Assembly (NCBI GenBank): GCA_046758745.1
Contig: JBHIAV010000031.1
Location: 1-36,397, forward strand
Source: Gemmatimonadota bacterium
GTDB taxonomy: Bacteria; Gemmatimonadota; Gemmatimonadetes; Palauibacterales; Palauibacteraceae
Direction of reading: 5' to 3'
DNA: 36,397 nucleotides
The notes below the pieces were generated by a model, which did not search any database, was not told the DNA's origin, and saw only the letters and a program-made list of their open reading frames with translations. Positions 1-10,562 of this stretch are shown one piece after another. Position 1 is the first letter of the stretch. Each line of letters starts with the position of its first letter. A program made the translations under genes and the position numbers.

Positions 1-2
1 GC

Positions 3-53
3 GGCGGCAGCGCCGAGGGCCCGATCGTCAAGGTGCTCCGCTTGATCGAATAG
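3..53 (+). CDS. 3' end of upstream gene (partial), possibly a TadE/TadG-like pilus protein
   Basis: Open frame ...GGSAEGPIVKVLRLIE* ends at TAG 51-53, 25 nt before cpaE. Product inferred only from context and a '..LRL(I/V)E' type terminus. Confidence 0.35.
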   Translation, partial: GGSAEGPIVKVLRLIE

Positions 54-78
54 CACATTCACCACGGCGGGAGACGAG

Positions 79-1344
79 ATGGAAGGGATTACGATCAAGA
101 GCGCCCTGATCTCTACGGACAGGGAGTTCCGCAGCGGGCTGAAGCGTGTGCTCGGCTCGGAGGAAAGCGGGATCTCCGTCGACCTCGAGATCACCGTGCC
201 TTTCCCGGACATCAACGACGCGCACCTCGAACAGCTGCGGCAGCTGGACCCGGAGCTGATCTTCCTCGATCTGGAGGAAGATCCGGTGATGGGGCTCAAG
301 TTCGCCCAGTTCCTCGTCGAGGCGGCGCCGTCACGGCGGCTCATGGGCGTCGGGCCGGTTCTCTCCCCCGATCTGCTGATCGCGGCGATGCAGGCCGGCA
401 TTTCGGAGTACCTCCCGAAGCCGATCACCACCGAGACCCTCCGGGACGCCATCGACCGGCTCGGACGCAAGTTCGGACGCAAGCAGGACGAAGGGCAGCG
501 TGAGCCGGGCAAGCTGTACGCGGTGTTCAGCCCGAAGGGCGGAGCAGGGTCCACCAGCGTGGCGACCAACCTGGCGATAGAGATCCACCGGCTGACGCGG
601 CGGAAGACCCTGCTCGTGGACCTTGACCTCGAGCTCGGCGAGACGGCCCTTCTGCTCGGGGTAGAGCCGCGCTTCAGCTTCGTGGATCTGGTGAGAAACT
701 TCCACCGCGTCGACGCCGGCCTCCTGGCCTCCTACATCGAGCGGCACGAATCCGGGGTCGAGCTCCTCTCCGCCCCCTATCACCCGGCCAAGGCGGAGCT
801 GGTGACCGGAGATCAGATCCGTCAGATCCTGCACTTCCTGAAGCAGCACTACGACTACATCGTCGTCGACACCACGAAGTCGTTCAGTCCGCCGACCCTG
901 GCGACGTTCGAGCATGCCGACCACGTATTCCTGGTGACCACGGTGGACCTTCCCTCCCTGCGGAACATCACACGCTGCCTTCCGCTGCTCGAGCGGATGG
1001 GCAGCGTCAAGGGGGAGGAGTGGCTGCGGCTCATCGTGAACCGGTACCAGCCAAACGACGCGATCTCGCTGAAGGAGGTCGAGAAGACTCTCGGCATGGC
1101 GGCCTATTGGACCCTGAGCAACGACTACGAGTCCGTGATGCGGTCCATCAACTCCGGCAGGCCAGCGGTGCTGTCGGAGCAATCGAGCTACGCGAGGGAC
1201 CTGAAGGCACTGGGCGCGGCGGTCACCGGTGTGCGCGCCAAGCCCGAGAAGGTCCGGAAGGGGTTGTTCGGCGGACTCAGGAACCCAATGCGGCGGCTAA
1301 TCGAGCCGTTCGTGCGGCGTCAGGAGGTGACGGCATATGACTGA
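79..1344 (+). CDS. cpaE: Tad/Flp pilus assembly protein CpaE/TadZ (atypical receiver domain + MinD/ParA-like ATPase)
   Basis: N-terminal receiver-like region (LIFLDLE...[13 protein letters not shown]), deviant Walker [18 protein letters not shown] and YDYIVVDT. Directly upstream of cpaF; GGGAG RBS. Confidence 0.88.
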   Translation: MEGITIKSALISTDREFRSGLKRVLGSEESGISVDLEITVPFPDINDAHLEQLRQLDPELIFLDLEEDPVMGLKFAQFLVEAAPSRRLMGVGPVLSPDLLIAAMQAGISEYLPKPITTETLRDAIDRLGRKFGRKQDEGQREPGKLYAVFSPKGGAGSTSVATNLAIEIHRLTRRKTLLVDLDLELGETALLLGVEPRFSFVDLVRNFHRVDAGLLASYIERHESGVELLSAPYHPAKAELVTGDQIRQILHFLKQHYDYIVVDTTKSFSPPTLATFEHADHVFLVTTVDLPSLRNITRCLPLLERMGSVKGEEWLRLIVNRYQPNDAISLKEVEKTLGMAAYWTLSNDYESVMRSINSGRPAVLSEQSSYARDLKALGAAVTGVRAKPEKVRKGLFGGLRNPMRRLIEPFVRRQEVTAYD

Positions 1345-2767
1345 TCGACGGGCACCCGAAGGGGGTGCTTTCGGAATCGGCAGCCGTACGGACAGCGGCC
1401 GCTTGCCGTGGGAGCGCTCCGGAGGAGCCCCGCCCGCGGCGCCTCCGGAGGCAGCGCCGGCCGAGGGCCAAGACTCCTCGCTGATGCAGGAGATCAAGGT
1501 CCGCATCCACCGGCAGCTCCTCGAACGACTCAACCTCTCGAACCTGGATGCGCTCGACAAGAACCAGGTCGTCGGGGAGATCCGCAAGGTCGTGCACGAC
1601 CTGCTCGCGCGCGAGGCCACGCCCCTCAACCTGGAGGAACGGGAGGAACTCGTCGGCCAGGTGCTCGACGAGATCTTCGGCCTCGGCCCGCTCGAGCCGC
1701 TTCTGCAGGATCCGGGCGTCTCGGACATCCTCGTCAACACGTACAGCCAGGTGATGATCGAGCGGAACGGAAGGTTGGAGAAGACCGACGTACGCTTCAA
1801 GGATGACCGGCACCTCCTCCAGATCATCGACCGCATCGTCTCCGCGGTGGGGCGGCGGATCGACGACTCCTCGCCGATGGTCGACGCCCGTCTGGCGGAC
1901 GGATCGCGCGTGAACGCGATTATCCCGCCCTTGGCGATCGACGGGCCGCACCTCTCGATCCGAAAGTTCAAGAAGGACGTGCTGTCGGCGCCCGACCTGC
2001 TCCGGACGGAGACGTTGACCGCCCCGATGCTGGAGCTCATACAGGGGATCGTGCGGGCCCGACTGAACGTGCTGATCTCGGGGGGCACCGGCGCCGGGAA
2101 GACCACGCTCCTCAACGTTCTTTCGGAGTCGATCCCGGCGAGCGAGCGAATCGTGACCATCGAGGACTCGGCCGAGCTCCAGCTTCGGCAGCCGCACGTC
2201 GTGCGCCTCGAGACGCGGCCGGCCAACATCGAGGGGGCGGGTGAGGTCACCCAGCGCCTCCTTCTCATCAACGCGCTGCGTATGCGTCCCGATCGGATCA
2301 TCCTGGGTGAGGTGCGCGGTGCGGAGGCCGTCGACATGCTGCAGGCGATGAACACGGGTCACGACGGCTCGCTCACCACGCTGCACGCCAACAACCCCCG
2401 GGATGCGCTCGCGCGCCTGGAGACCATGATCTCGATGGCCGGTCTGAACCTGCCCGAGAAGGGGATGCGGCAGCAGATCGCGAGCGCCATCAACGTGGTG
2501 ATTCACGTCGGCCGCCTCTCGGATGGGAGACGGAAGGTGATGACGATCGCCGAGCTCACCGGAATGGAGGGCAACATCATCACCATGCAGGACATCTTCC
2601 TGTATGAGCGGGAAGGTATCGACGAGTCGGGGCAGGTGATCGGCCGTTTCCGGGCCACCGGGATCCGTCCGCGCTTCGCCGAGCGGTTGCGCACGTACGG
2701 GGTCAGCCTGCCGATGGCGGTCTTCTCCAACCCGGACTTCGAGCCGGCGAGCGGAGGGCGCCGATGA
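1337..2767 (+). CDS. cpaF: Tad pilus assembly ATPase CpaF/TadA
   Basis: [14 protein letters not shown], Walker [59 protein letters not shown]. Confidence 0.96.
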   Translation: MTDRRAPEGGAFGIGSRTDSGRLPWERSGGAPPAAPPEAAPAEGQDSSLMQEIKVRIHRQLLERLNLSNLDALDKNQVVGEIRKVVHDLLAREATPLNLEEREELVGQVLDEIFGLGPLEPLLQDPGVSDILVNTYSQVMIERNGRLEKTDVRFKDDRHLLQIIDRIVSAVGRRIDDSSPMVDARLADGSRVNAIIPPLAIDGPHLSIRKFKKDVLSAPDLLRTETLTAPMLELIQGIVRARLNVLISGGTGAGKTTLLNVLSESIPASERIVTIEDSAELQLRQPHVVRLETRPANIEGAGEVTQRLLLINALRMRPDRIILGEVRGAEAVDMLQAMNTGHDGSLTTLHANNPRDALARLETMISMAGLNLPEKGMRQQIASAINVVIHVGRLSDGRRKVMTIAELTGMEGNIITMQDIFLYEREGIDESGQVIGRFRATGIRPRFAERLRTYGVSLPMAVFSNPDFEPASGGRR

Positions 2768-3756
2768 CCAGGTCGCTTCCGGCCAACTGGCTTCCGGCCC
2801 TCCTCATCTTCCTCGCCGTCGCCCTCGGGGTGGTGTCGATCGTCTTCCTGTGGGAGTGGCTGCGCGAGCAAAAGCGACAGAGAGAGGTCCGGCGTCAGCT
2901 CAGAGGACTGGTGGATCATCGGGCTGAGGAGGACGCCGCGACGGCCGGTCTCTTCCGGGAAGCCGGAGAGGAGGAGCTGGCGTGGCTCGCGCCGGTGCTC
3001 GAATACATGCCGCATCGGCAGGACATCCAGATCCTGCTCGACCGGGCAGCGCTGCCGTGGGGCGTCGGAACCTTCCTCATGCTCACGCTCGGGCTGGGCT
3101 TTGCCGCCGGCTTGAGCGCCCTGGTGATCGCCACCTCGTGGGTCATCCCGCTCCTCGCCGCGGCTACAGGCGCCTCCCTTCCCTACCTCTACGTTCGGCG
3201 CCGCAAGGGCCAGCGGATGCGGGCGTTCGAGGAAGAGTTCCCGGAGGCGATCGACCTGCTCGGGCGCTCGATCCGAGCCGGGCACGCGTTCGCGACCGGG
3301 CTCAAGGTCGTCGCCGACGAGGCGGAGGACCCCGTCGGCGCCGAGTTCCGTCAGATCTTCGAGGAGCAGAAGTTCGGCCTGCCGCTCGAGGACTCGATGC
3401 TCGCCCTGGCGGACCGGGTGGCGCTGGTGGACGTGCGGATTTTCGTCACCGCCATCCTGGTGCAGCGCGAGGTGGGCGGAAACCTGGCGGAGATCCTGGA
3501 CAAGATCTCGTACACCATCCGCGAGCGCTTCATGATCCAGCGCCAGGTGCGGGTGTACACGGCACAGGGCCGGCTCACCGGGTACCTGCTGGCCGGCCTG
3601 CCGATCCTCGTCGGCTTGCTGATCTTTCTGCTCAACCCGGAATACATGAGCGTCCTCTTCACCGAACCCGTCGGCCGGCTCATGCTGACGGCAGCCGGGG
3701 TGATGCAGGTGGTGGGATTCCTGGTCATCCGCAGAATCATCGATATAGAGATCTGA
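2764..3756 (+). CDS. tadB: Tad pilus inner-membrane platform protein TadB (T2SS-F family)
   Basis: [34 protein letters not shown] motifs; TM segments; ATGA overlap with cpaF. Confidence 0.93.
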   Translation: MTRSLPANWLPALLIFLAVALGVVSIVFLWEWLREQKRQREVRRQLRGLVDHRAEEDAATAGLFREAGEEELAWLAPVLEYMPHRQDIQILLDRAALPWGVGTFLMLTLGLGFAAGLSALVIATSWVIPLLAAATGASLPYLYVRRRKGQRMRAFEEEFPEAIDLLGRSIRAGHAFATGLKVVADEAEDPVGAEFRQIFEEQKFGLPLEDSMLALADRVALVDVRIFVTAILVQREVGGNLAEILDKISYTIRERFMIQRQVRVYTAQGRLTGYLLAGLPILVGLLIFLLNPEYMSVLFTEPVGRLMLTAAGVMQVVGFLVIRRIIDIEI

Positions 3757-4685
3757 TGCTCGTCCTCGTCGCTCTTCTGGCCGCCGCCTCCGTGGTGTTC
3801 ATGATCGTTGCCGTGGCCGGTGCCGTGCCGGCGCGCTCTCGGGCCGTCACGCGCCGGCTGGCGGAGCTGCAGACGATCGCCAGCCGCCACACGGTCACGC
3901 AGCGCCGCCGGCGTCAGGCACGCCGGGAGCAGCTGGAGACGTGGCTGCAGGCGTTCGGAGAGCGTGTGGCCAGCGGCCGCACGGATTGGCTGCAGGTGCG
4001 GCAGCGCCTGGTCCGCGCGGGCTACCGGCGCTCCAACGCCGTGGCGATCTTTTTCGGGGCCAGGGTGGTCTCCGTTGTCGCGGTGGGGGCTCTGATCATC
4101 CTCCTCGTCCCGGTACTCGGACTCCGTCCTTCGGAACTCCCGATCTGGGTCGGTCTCGGAGCGATCGTCGGCTGGATGCTCCCCGGAACTCTGCTCTCGC
4201 GCCGCATTCGGCATCGGCAGAAGGAGCTGCAGAGAGCCTTGGCGGATGCGCTGGACCTCCTGGTGGTGTGCGTCGAGGCGGGCCTCGGCCTGAACCAGGC
4301 GATCCTCCGGGTCTCGGAGGAGATCGAGCACATCAGCGAATCGATGGCTGAAGAGCTCGCAATTGTAAACCTCGAGATCCGGGCTGGCACGCCGCGCGAG
4401 GAGGCGCTCCGCCACCTGGGCGAGCGGACGGACGTGCCCGACATCCGGTCCCTCACGGCGATGCTGATCCAGACCGATCGATTCGGCACCTCCATCGCGC
4501 AAGCGCTGCGCGTCCACTCGGACACGATGCGCGTAAAGCGGCGCCAGCGCGCGGAGGAGGCGGCGGCGAAGACGACGATCAAGCTCGTCTTCCCCCTCGT
4601 TCTCTTCATCTTCCCGGCCATGTTCGTGGTCATCCTCGGACCGGCCATCATCCACATTCTGGCCGAGCTCGGAGGTCTCACGTGA
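3756..4685 (+). CDS. tadC: Tad pilus inner-membrane platform protein TadC
   Basis: Start reassigned to ATG 3756 (TGATG overlap with tadB). DALDLLVVCVEAGLGL, QTDRFGTSIAQALR, AEEAAAKTTIKLVFPLVLFIFP. Confidence 0.93.
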   Translation: MLVLVALLAAASVVFMIVAVAGAVPARSRAVTRRLAELQTIASRHTVTQRRRRQARREQLETWLQAFGERVASGRTDWLQVRQRLVRAGYRRSNAVAIFFGARVVSVVAVGALIILLVPVLGLRPSELPIWVGLGAIVGWMLPGTLLSRRIRHRQKELQRALADALDLLVVCVEAGLGLNQAILRVSEEIEHISESMAEELAIVNLEIRAGTPREEALRHLGERTDVPDIRSLTAMLIQTDRFGTSIAQALRVHSDTMRVKRRQRAEEAAAKTTIKLVFPLVLFIFPAMFVVILGPAIIHILAELGGLT

Positions 4686-5083
4686 GGCAGGTCGAGCTGA
4701 CCAACGTCACGCGTGACGCCTCTCTGGGCGCGCAGATCGCGGTAGCCGACGGCTGGTGGACGCGACTGCGCGGGCTGCTGGGCCGGCCGCCGCTGGAACC
4801 CGGCCAGGGGATGCTGCTCTCTCCCTGCCACTCTGTGCACATGTACGGGATGAGGCAGTCGCTCGATGTGGCTTTCCTCGACCGTGCCGGACGGGTGGTG
4901 GCGATGTACCCCGATCTCCCGCCGGGCAGACGAACCCGGTGGCATTCCGATGCGCACCAGGCACTCGAGCTGCCCCCCGGCATGCTGGGGGCGACGAGGA
5001 CGCAGCTCGGCGACACCGTGAAACAGGCGCCCGCGGGCGTGTCGGCCGAGGTGCCGGCCAGCCTGGCAGGGGCGAGGGAGTAG
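4682..5083 (+). CDS. DUF192 domain protein
   Basis: VADGWWTRLRGLLGR..GMLL..SVHMYGM..LDVAFLD..ALELP pattern; GTGA overlap with tadC. Confidence 0.85.
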   Translation: MRQVELTNVTRDASLGAQIAVADGWWTRLRGLLGRPPLEPGQGMLLSPCHSVHMYGMRQSLDVAFLDRAGRVVAMYPDLPPGRRTRWHSDAHQALELPPGMLGATRTQLGDTVKQAPAGVSAEVPASLAGARE

Positions 5084-5088
5084 AGACG

Positions 5089-6471
5089 ATGCACGATCCC
5101 GCACTGGCCTTCTCATCGGACGACGCCGAGGCATCCCCGCCGGCGGTCCCTCGAGTACCGGAGTCGATTGCCGATACCGGTCTCTCGGCCGGAATGATCT
5201 CCGATCTCCTGATCAGGACCCTGTACGTCCAGGGCGCCCGCACCGGCGCCCAGCTGCGCCGGGTGCTGGGCCTCCCCTTCTCCCTCCTCGATGAGGAGCT
5301 CCTGTCGCTCCAGCAGCGTCGCTACGTCCAGGTGCGCGGTGCCGGAAGCCACGGGCGCTCGACGTACACCTTCGAGCTCACCGCCGAGGGACGGGACCGG
5401 GCGAGAGAGGTGATGGAGGTCAACCAGTACGTCGGACCCGCCCCGGTGCCGCTTGCCGAGTACGAGCGCTGGGTCGCAACGCAGACGATCCGGAGAGTCC
5501 GGGTCACCAAGGAGGTCATCCACGACGGCTTCAGCCACCTCGTGTTCGACGACCAGTTCCTGGACCAGCTCGGCCCGGCGATCAATTCGGGCAAGTCCCT
5601 CTTCCTCTACGGGCACGCGGGAAACGGGAAGACGACGATCGCGGAGGCGATCGCCCGTATGATGGGCGGTTCGCTCTACCTCCCGTACGCGCTCGAGATC
5701 GAGGGGCAGATCGCTGTCCTGTACGACCCGGTGTATCACCACCCGTTAGACGGCACGGAGGAGGACGACGACGGGGACGACCTGACCTTTCTGCGCGATT
5801 CGCCCAAACACGACATGCGGTACGCCCTCATCAAGCGACCGGTGGTGTTCGCCGGGGGCGAGCTGACGCTCGACCAGCTCGAGCTGCAGTACGACGCGCA
5901 GACGAAAGTCTATCAGGCCCCGGCCCACGTGAAGGCGAACGGTGGCGTCTTTATCATTGACGACTTCGGCCGGCAGCTGGTTCGCCCGCGCGACCTGTTG
6001 AACCGATGGATGATCCCGCTCGAAAAGCACCTCGATTACCTCGCGTTCCGTAGCGGACACAAGTTCCCGGTGCCCTTCGACACGTTGATCGTCTTCGCGA
6101 CGAACCTTAACCCCCTGGAGCTGGTAGACGAGGCATTCCTCCGCCGGATCCGCTACAAGATCCTGGTTGAGAGCCCGAGCTACGAGCAATACAAGGAGAT
6201 CTTCCGCCGGTGCTGCCAGGCCCGGGACATCCTCTTCGACCCGGATCGAGTGCGGTACATCTACCAGCAGTACTACGAGCGTCTCGAGATTCCGCCGCGC
6301 GGCTGCCATCCGCGCGATCTCGTCGATACCCTGTGCAACGTGGCCAAGTATCTGGAGGTCGAGGCATCGCTGACCATCGACCTGCTCGACCGTGCCTGCA
6401 AGTCGTACTTCCTGGACATGCCGGGCGGTGGCGCCTCCCACCTGACGGAGCCACAGACGTTCGACGGCTAG
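5089..6471 (+). CDS. AAA+ family ATPase of unknown function with N-terminal wHTH-like region
   Basis: Start reassigned to ATG 5089 (GGGAG RBS). Walker A GHAGNGKT, Walker B FIIDDFGR, FATNLNP..LVDEAFLRRIRYK sensor/Arg-finger region. Confidence 0.85.
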   Translation: MHDPALAFSSDDAEASPPAVPRVPESIADTGLSAGMISDLLIRTLYVQGARTGAQLRRVLGLPFSLLDEELLSLQQRRYVQVRGAGSHGRSTYTFELTAEGRDRAREVMEVNQYVGPAPVPLAEYERWVATQTIRRVRVTKEVIHDGFSHLVFDDQFLDQLGPAINSGKSLFLYGHAGNGKTTIAEAIARMMGGSLYLPYALEIEGQIAVLYDPVYHHPLDGTEEDDDGDDLTFLRDSPKHDMRYALIKRPVVFAGGELTLDQLELQYDAQTKVYQAPAHVKANGGVFIIDDFGRQLVRPRDLLNRWMIPLEKHLDYLAFRSGHKFPVPFDTLIVFATNLNPLELVDEAFLRRIRYKILVESPSYEQYKEIFRRCCQARDILFDPDRVRYIYQQYYERLEIPPRGCHPRDLVDTLCNVAKYLEVEASLTIDLLDRACKSYFLDMPGGGASHLTEPQTFDG

Positions 6472-6481
6472 CTCCCGCTAC

Positions 6482-8029
6482 ATGTCCGCCACGAGGCTCG
6501 GGAAGCCGGTCACCCCGACCTGGGCCGCCTGGCTCCTCCCCTCTCTCGGCGGCGTGATCGCCGCCTACGCCTTCTTCCACGGGCTCTTCCCGGCCGCGGC
6601 GTGGCTCTTCGCTCGAGACGGGGATGTCGGCCGCCACATCCGGGTCGGCTCGTACATCCTGGAGACCCGAAGCATCCCGCGCGTGGACCTCTTCTCACAC
6701 ACGATGCGGGGAACGCCGTTCGTCCCGTACGAGTGGCTGTCGGAGTTGCTGTACGCGGGGGCGCACCGTGCAGCCGGCCTCGCCGGCGTGACCCTCCTCG
6801 CGGCGATCCTCTTCGCCGCGACCTGTACGCTCGTATACTGGACGATCGTCAGGCTCGGGGTGGGCCGGCCGCTCGCGTTCGCCGCAGCGTTCGTCAGCCT
6901 GGCGCTCCAGAACTCCCACTTCCTGCCGCGCCCGCATCTCTTCACCACGCTCCTCGCGGCGATCGTTTTCGCGCTCCTCCTGGAACACCGCCGAAGTGGA
7001 CGACCCGGTCTCGCCTGGGCCATTCCGCCCCTCGTCCTACTGTGGGCGAACCTGCACGGGGGCTTCCTGATCGCCTTCATGTTGCTGGCGGTCTTCCTGG
7101 CCGACGCGGCCTGGCAGGCTTTGGCCGACGGGGGCGGTGCGGGGTCCAGCCGCCTCCGGACGCTGGGCCTGGTGAGCGGCGCCTCTCTCCTCGCCTGCAT
7201 GGTGAATCCGGCCGGGCCGGAGATCCTCGCGCACACGACGGGGTATCTCCGCGCCGAGTACCTGGTCGACGGGACGCAGGAGTACCAGTCCCCCGACTTC
7301 CACGAGCCGGCGGATCAGCTCTTCCTCGCCGTCCTTCTCCTCGGCGCCGCCCTCGCTCTCTTCGGTCGGGCTCGCGTCCGCTTTCTGGAGGGGACGCTCT
7401 ACCTCCTGTGGGCCGCAGCGTCGCTGTACTCCGCTCGCAACATCCCGATCTTCGCCGTCGTCGCGCTCCCCGGGATCGCCGGCTGGGCCTCGCGAACCGT
7501 GCGCACCGTGGCCGAGGACGGCGGGGGAATCCCGCGGGCGACCGCCGCGGCTTGCGCCCGCTGGGCCGATCGAATCTCCCGGACTGACGCTGACCTCGGT
7601 CGTCCCGTCGCTCTCGCCGTCGTCCTTCTCGCCCTCGCCGCCCTCGCCCTCAGCCCCTCGGGGCGAGCGCGATATCGCTTCTCGCCCGAGGTCTTCCCCG
7701 TCGAGGCCCTCCAGGCGGCGCGGGAGGCGGGGGTGCGGGGGCCCGTGTTCAACCAGTTCATCTGGGGCGGTTACCTGCTCTACGCGGCGTACCCCGAGAT
7801 CCCCGTCTTTATCGACGGGCAGACCGACTTCTATGGTGAGAAGCTGACCCGCGAATACATGCGAGCGATCGGGGTACACGAGGGGTGGGACGAGGTGCTG
7901 GATCGGTACGGGATCGCGTGGACGATGGTGGAGACCCGCGCTCGTCTGAATCAGGCGCTCGCCCTCGCGCCCGGCTGGCGTCTCCTTCACCGGGACAGCA
8001 CGGCCACCATATACCTCCGAGAGCGCTGA
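6482..8029 (+). CDS. Polytopic membrane protein, probable GT-C-fold glycosyltransferase
   Basis: About 10-12 hydrophobic segments; acidic first loop DGDVGRHIRVG..EWLSE; PRPHLFT; LWANLHGGF; C-terminal soluble domain GGYL..VFIDGQTDFYG. Confidence 0.7.
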   Translation: MSATRLGKPVTPTWAAWLLPSLGGVIAAYAFFHGLFPAAAWLFARDGDVGRHIRVGSYILETRSIPRVDLFSHTMRGTPFVPYEWLSELLYAGAHRAAGLAGVTLLAAILFAATCTLVYWTIVRLGVGRPLAFAAAFVSLALQNSHFLPRPHLFTTLLAAIVFALLLEHRRSGRPGLAWAIPPLVLLWANLHGGFLIAFMLLAVFLADAAWQALADGGGAGSSRLRTLGLVSGASLLACMVNPAGPEILAHTTGYLRAEYLVDGTQEYQSPDFHEPADQLFLAVLLLGAALALFGRARVRFLEGTLYLLWAAASLYSARNIPIFAVVALPGIAGWASRTVRTVAEDGGGIPRATAAACARWADRISRTDADLGRPVALAVVLLALAALALSPSGRARYRFSPEVFPVEALQAAREAGVRGPVFNQFIWGGYLLYAAYPEIPVFIDGQTDFYGEKLTREYMRAIGVHEGWDEVLDRYGIAWTMVETRARLNQALALAPGWRLLHRDSTATIYLRER

Positions 8030-8157
8030 CGCCGCGTTCCGGCTCCGGCTGGCGGACGGCAGCGTGGTGTGCGCACGCGTTGCGACGCCATCCCTCTTCG
8101 TTCCAGCCCAGCCTCGCTACTCCTGCGCCTTGACCGGGGCGCGCGACGCGCACCACC

Positions 8158-8871
8158 TTGGATCCCGTGAAGGCTGGCAGGGTTCGGGCCGGACTCGGTG
8201 TCCTGGTGGCGGGGGCGGTGGTGGCGGCATCGCCGTGCGGCGCGCAGTCCATCCACTCCGGAGAGCTCCTCCCGACCGTCGCCCGCCTCCACTACGGAGG
8301 CGGAGGCGATTGGTACGCCAATCCCACGAGCCTCCCGAACCTCTTGACGGCCATCGGGAACCGCACGGGCCTCCGCGTCGCCACACAGAACGCCGAGGTC
8401 CGGCTCTCGGACCCGGACCTGCGCGACTACCCCTACCTGTACCTGACCGGCCACGGCAACATCCGCTTCACCGACCAGGAGCTGGAGGTGCTCCGGGGGT
8501 ACCTCCTGGCGGGCGGCTTCCTCCACGCCGACGACAACTACGGCCTCGACGAGTCGTTTCGTCGCGAGGTCCGTCGGCTCTTCCCGCAGCGTGAGCTGGT
8601 GGAGGTCCCGTTGGATCACCCGGTATACCACATCCTGTACGAATTCCCGGAAGGCCTACCCAAGATCCACGAGCACGACGGGCTTCCCGCGCAGGGGTTC
8701 GGCCTCTTCCTGGATGGACGGCTCGCCCTCTTCTACAGCTACCAGAGCGATCTCGGAGATGGTTGGGAGGATCCAGAGGTGCACGGAGATCCTCCCGAGG
8801 TCCGGGAACAGGCCCTCCGCATGGGCGTGAACCTCTTCCTGTACGCCATCGCGTCGGCCCCCTCGAGGTGA
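8158..8871 (+). CDS. DUF4159 domain secreted protein
   Basis: Signal peptide; ARLHYGGGGDWYANP, PYLYLTGHG, GGFLHADDNYG, DLGDGWED..ALRMGVN. Start may be GTG 8167. Confidence 0.85.
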   Translation: MDPVKAGRVRAGLGVLVAGAVVAASPCGAQSIHSGELLPTVARLHYGGGGDWYANPTSLPNLLTAIGNRTGLRVATQNAEVRLSDPDLRDYPYLYLTGHGNIRFTDQELEVLRGYLLAGGFLHADDNYGLDESFRREVRRLFPQRELVEVPLDHPVYHILYEFPEGLPKIHEHDGLPAQGFGLFLDGRLALFYSYQSDLGDGWEDPEVHGDPPEVREQALRMGVNLFLYAIASAPSR

Positions 8872-8875
8872 GCCG

Positions 8876-10537
8876 GTGAGCGGACCCCGCGCCCTTCCCC
8901 TGCTTCTCGGCCTCGTCGCCTGCTCGGCGCTCGACGCGGACAGCCAGCAGACGGTGCGCGTCACCCTTCTCGGAACGACCGATGTCCACGGGCATCTGCT
9001 CCCCTACGACTACGCCACGGATGGAACGGAGAGGGGCGGTCTCGCTCGCGTGGCCACGCTGGTTGACAGCATCCGTCGCGCGGACGAGCACGTCCTCCTG
9101 TTCGACAGCGGCGACCTGCTACAGGGGACGCCGCTGGACGAGTACCAGGCGCGGGTTTCCGCGGACCCGGTGCACCCCGTCATCGCGGCCATGAACGCGC
9201 TGGGCTACGCGGCCTCCGCGGTGGGGAACCACGAGTACAACTATGGCATCCCGTTTCTCGAGCGGACCCTGGCGGCGGCGGGCTTCCCCTTCCTGGCGGC
9301 GAACATCTACGATGCCGTTTCCGGCGAGACCGTCTTCCCTCCCTTCATCATCCGCGAGACCGGAGGGGTACGCGTCGGGATCCTCGGCTTCACGACTCCG
9401 GGGGTCGCCATCTGGGACCGCTCTCACGTCGAGGGACGGCTCCGCTTCGCCGACATCGTGGAATCGGCGCGGCGCTGGCTGCCGGAGCTGGAGAGGCAGA
9501 GACCGGACCTCATCGTGGCGATCGCCCACTCCGGGATCGGTCCCGGCTCGAGCTACGCCCCGGAGAGCGGCGTTCCGGAGGAGAACGCAATACACCGACT
9601 GGCCACCGAGCTCCCGGCGATCGACCTCGTGTTCGCCGGCCATAGCCACGATCGCGTGGAGGGTTCGAGGATCGGCGAAGCTCTGGTCGTGCAGGCCGGG
9701 CGGTTCGCACGGGTCCTCGCCGTGGTCCACGTCACTCTGCGCCGGATCGCCGGCCGGTGGTCGATCCTCAAGAAGCGAAGCTTCACGATCCCGACGGGAG
9801 AGACGGCCCCGTCAGCCGTCGTGGCGAACATCGTGAGGGATGCGCACGAGCGGACCGTAGCCTGGCTTCGCGAGCCGATCGGGTTCACGCCTGACCGGTG
9901 GACGGCCGCCCGCGCTCGCTTCGAGGACACGCCGATCGCCGACCTCATCACGGAAGTGCAGCGGCAGGCCGCGGGGGCCGACCTGGCGAGCACGGCGGTG
10001 TTCGACCCGAGTGCCTCCTTCGGGCCGGGGGCCGTGTCCCGGCGGGATATCCTAGGCCTGTACATCTATCCAAACACCCTGAAGGCGGTGCGGATCAGCG
10101 GGGCGGATCTGCGCGCCTACCTCGAGTGGAGCGCCCGCTACTTCACCGGCTTTCCGGGCGAGCCCCTCATCAACGACTCCGTCCCCGGCTACAACTTCGA
10201 CGTGGTGAGCGGCGTCTCGTACCGGATCGACCTTTCCCGGCCGGCCGGGCGTCGGATCACGGAGCTGCGTTTCCGGGGCCGGCCCGTGGCGCCGGCGGAC
10301 TCCTTCACGCTCGCTCTCAACAACTATCGGCAGAGCGGAGGAGGCGGAGCGGAGATGGTGGCACGCGCGCCCGTCGTGTACAGCGGCGAGGAGTCGATCA
10401 GCCAGCTCATCATCGACTGGGTGCGGGGCCGGGACACTCTGCGCTTCACGGACGTGTTCGAAGAGAACTGGCGCCTCCTGCCGGAGGCCGCGGTGCAGCA
10501 GGTGAGCCGAGAAGCGGGCGCCGTGGCGACGCACTAG
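8876..10537 (+). CDS. Bifunctional 2',3'-cyclic-nucleotide 2'-phosphodiesterase / 5'-nucleotidase family metallophosphoesterase (exported)
   Basis: TTDVHG, DSGDLLQG, VGNHEYNYG, AHSG, AGHSH metallophosphoesterase motifs; C-terminal LYIYPNTL..YNFD..NNYR nucleotidase domain. Confidence 0.92.
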   Translation: MSGPRALPLLLGLVACSALDADSQQTVRVTLLGTTDVHGHLLPYDYATDGTERGGLARVATLVDSIRRADEHVLLFDSGDLLQGTPLDEYQARVSADPVHPVIAAMNALGYAASAVGNHEYNYGIPFLERTLAAAGFPFLAANIYDAVSGETVFPPFIIRETGGVRVGILGFTTPGVAIWDRSHVEGRLRFADIVESARRWLPELERQRPDLIVAIAHSGIGPGSSYAPESGVPEENAIHRLATELPAIDLVFAGHSHDRVEGSRIGEALVVQAGRFARVLAVVHVTLRRIAGRWSILKKRSFTIPTGETAPSAVVANIVRDAHERTVAWLREPIGFTPDRWTAARARFEDTPIADLITEVQRQAAGADLASTAVFDPSASFGPGAVSRRDILGLYIYPNTLKAVRISGADLRAYLEWSARYFTGFPGEPLINDSVPGYNFDVVSGVSYRIDLSRPAGRRITELRFRGRPVAPADSFTLALNNYRQSGGGGAEMVARAPVVYSGEESISQLIIDWVRGRDTLRFTDVFEENWRLLPEAAVQQVSREAGAVATH

Positions 10538-10562
10538 GGACGGGCCCGGAGAGACAGCGGCG

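Noticed and set aside
2982-3755. N-terminal extension of the 567-aa ORF
   Set aside because: Overlaps tadB in another frame; tadC starts at ATG 3756.
8130-8169. TTGACC-18nt-CACCTT promoter with leaderless GTG start for DUF4159
   Set aside because: Weak -10 match; cannot be supported without TSS data.
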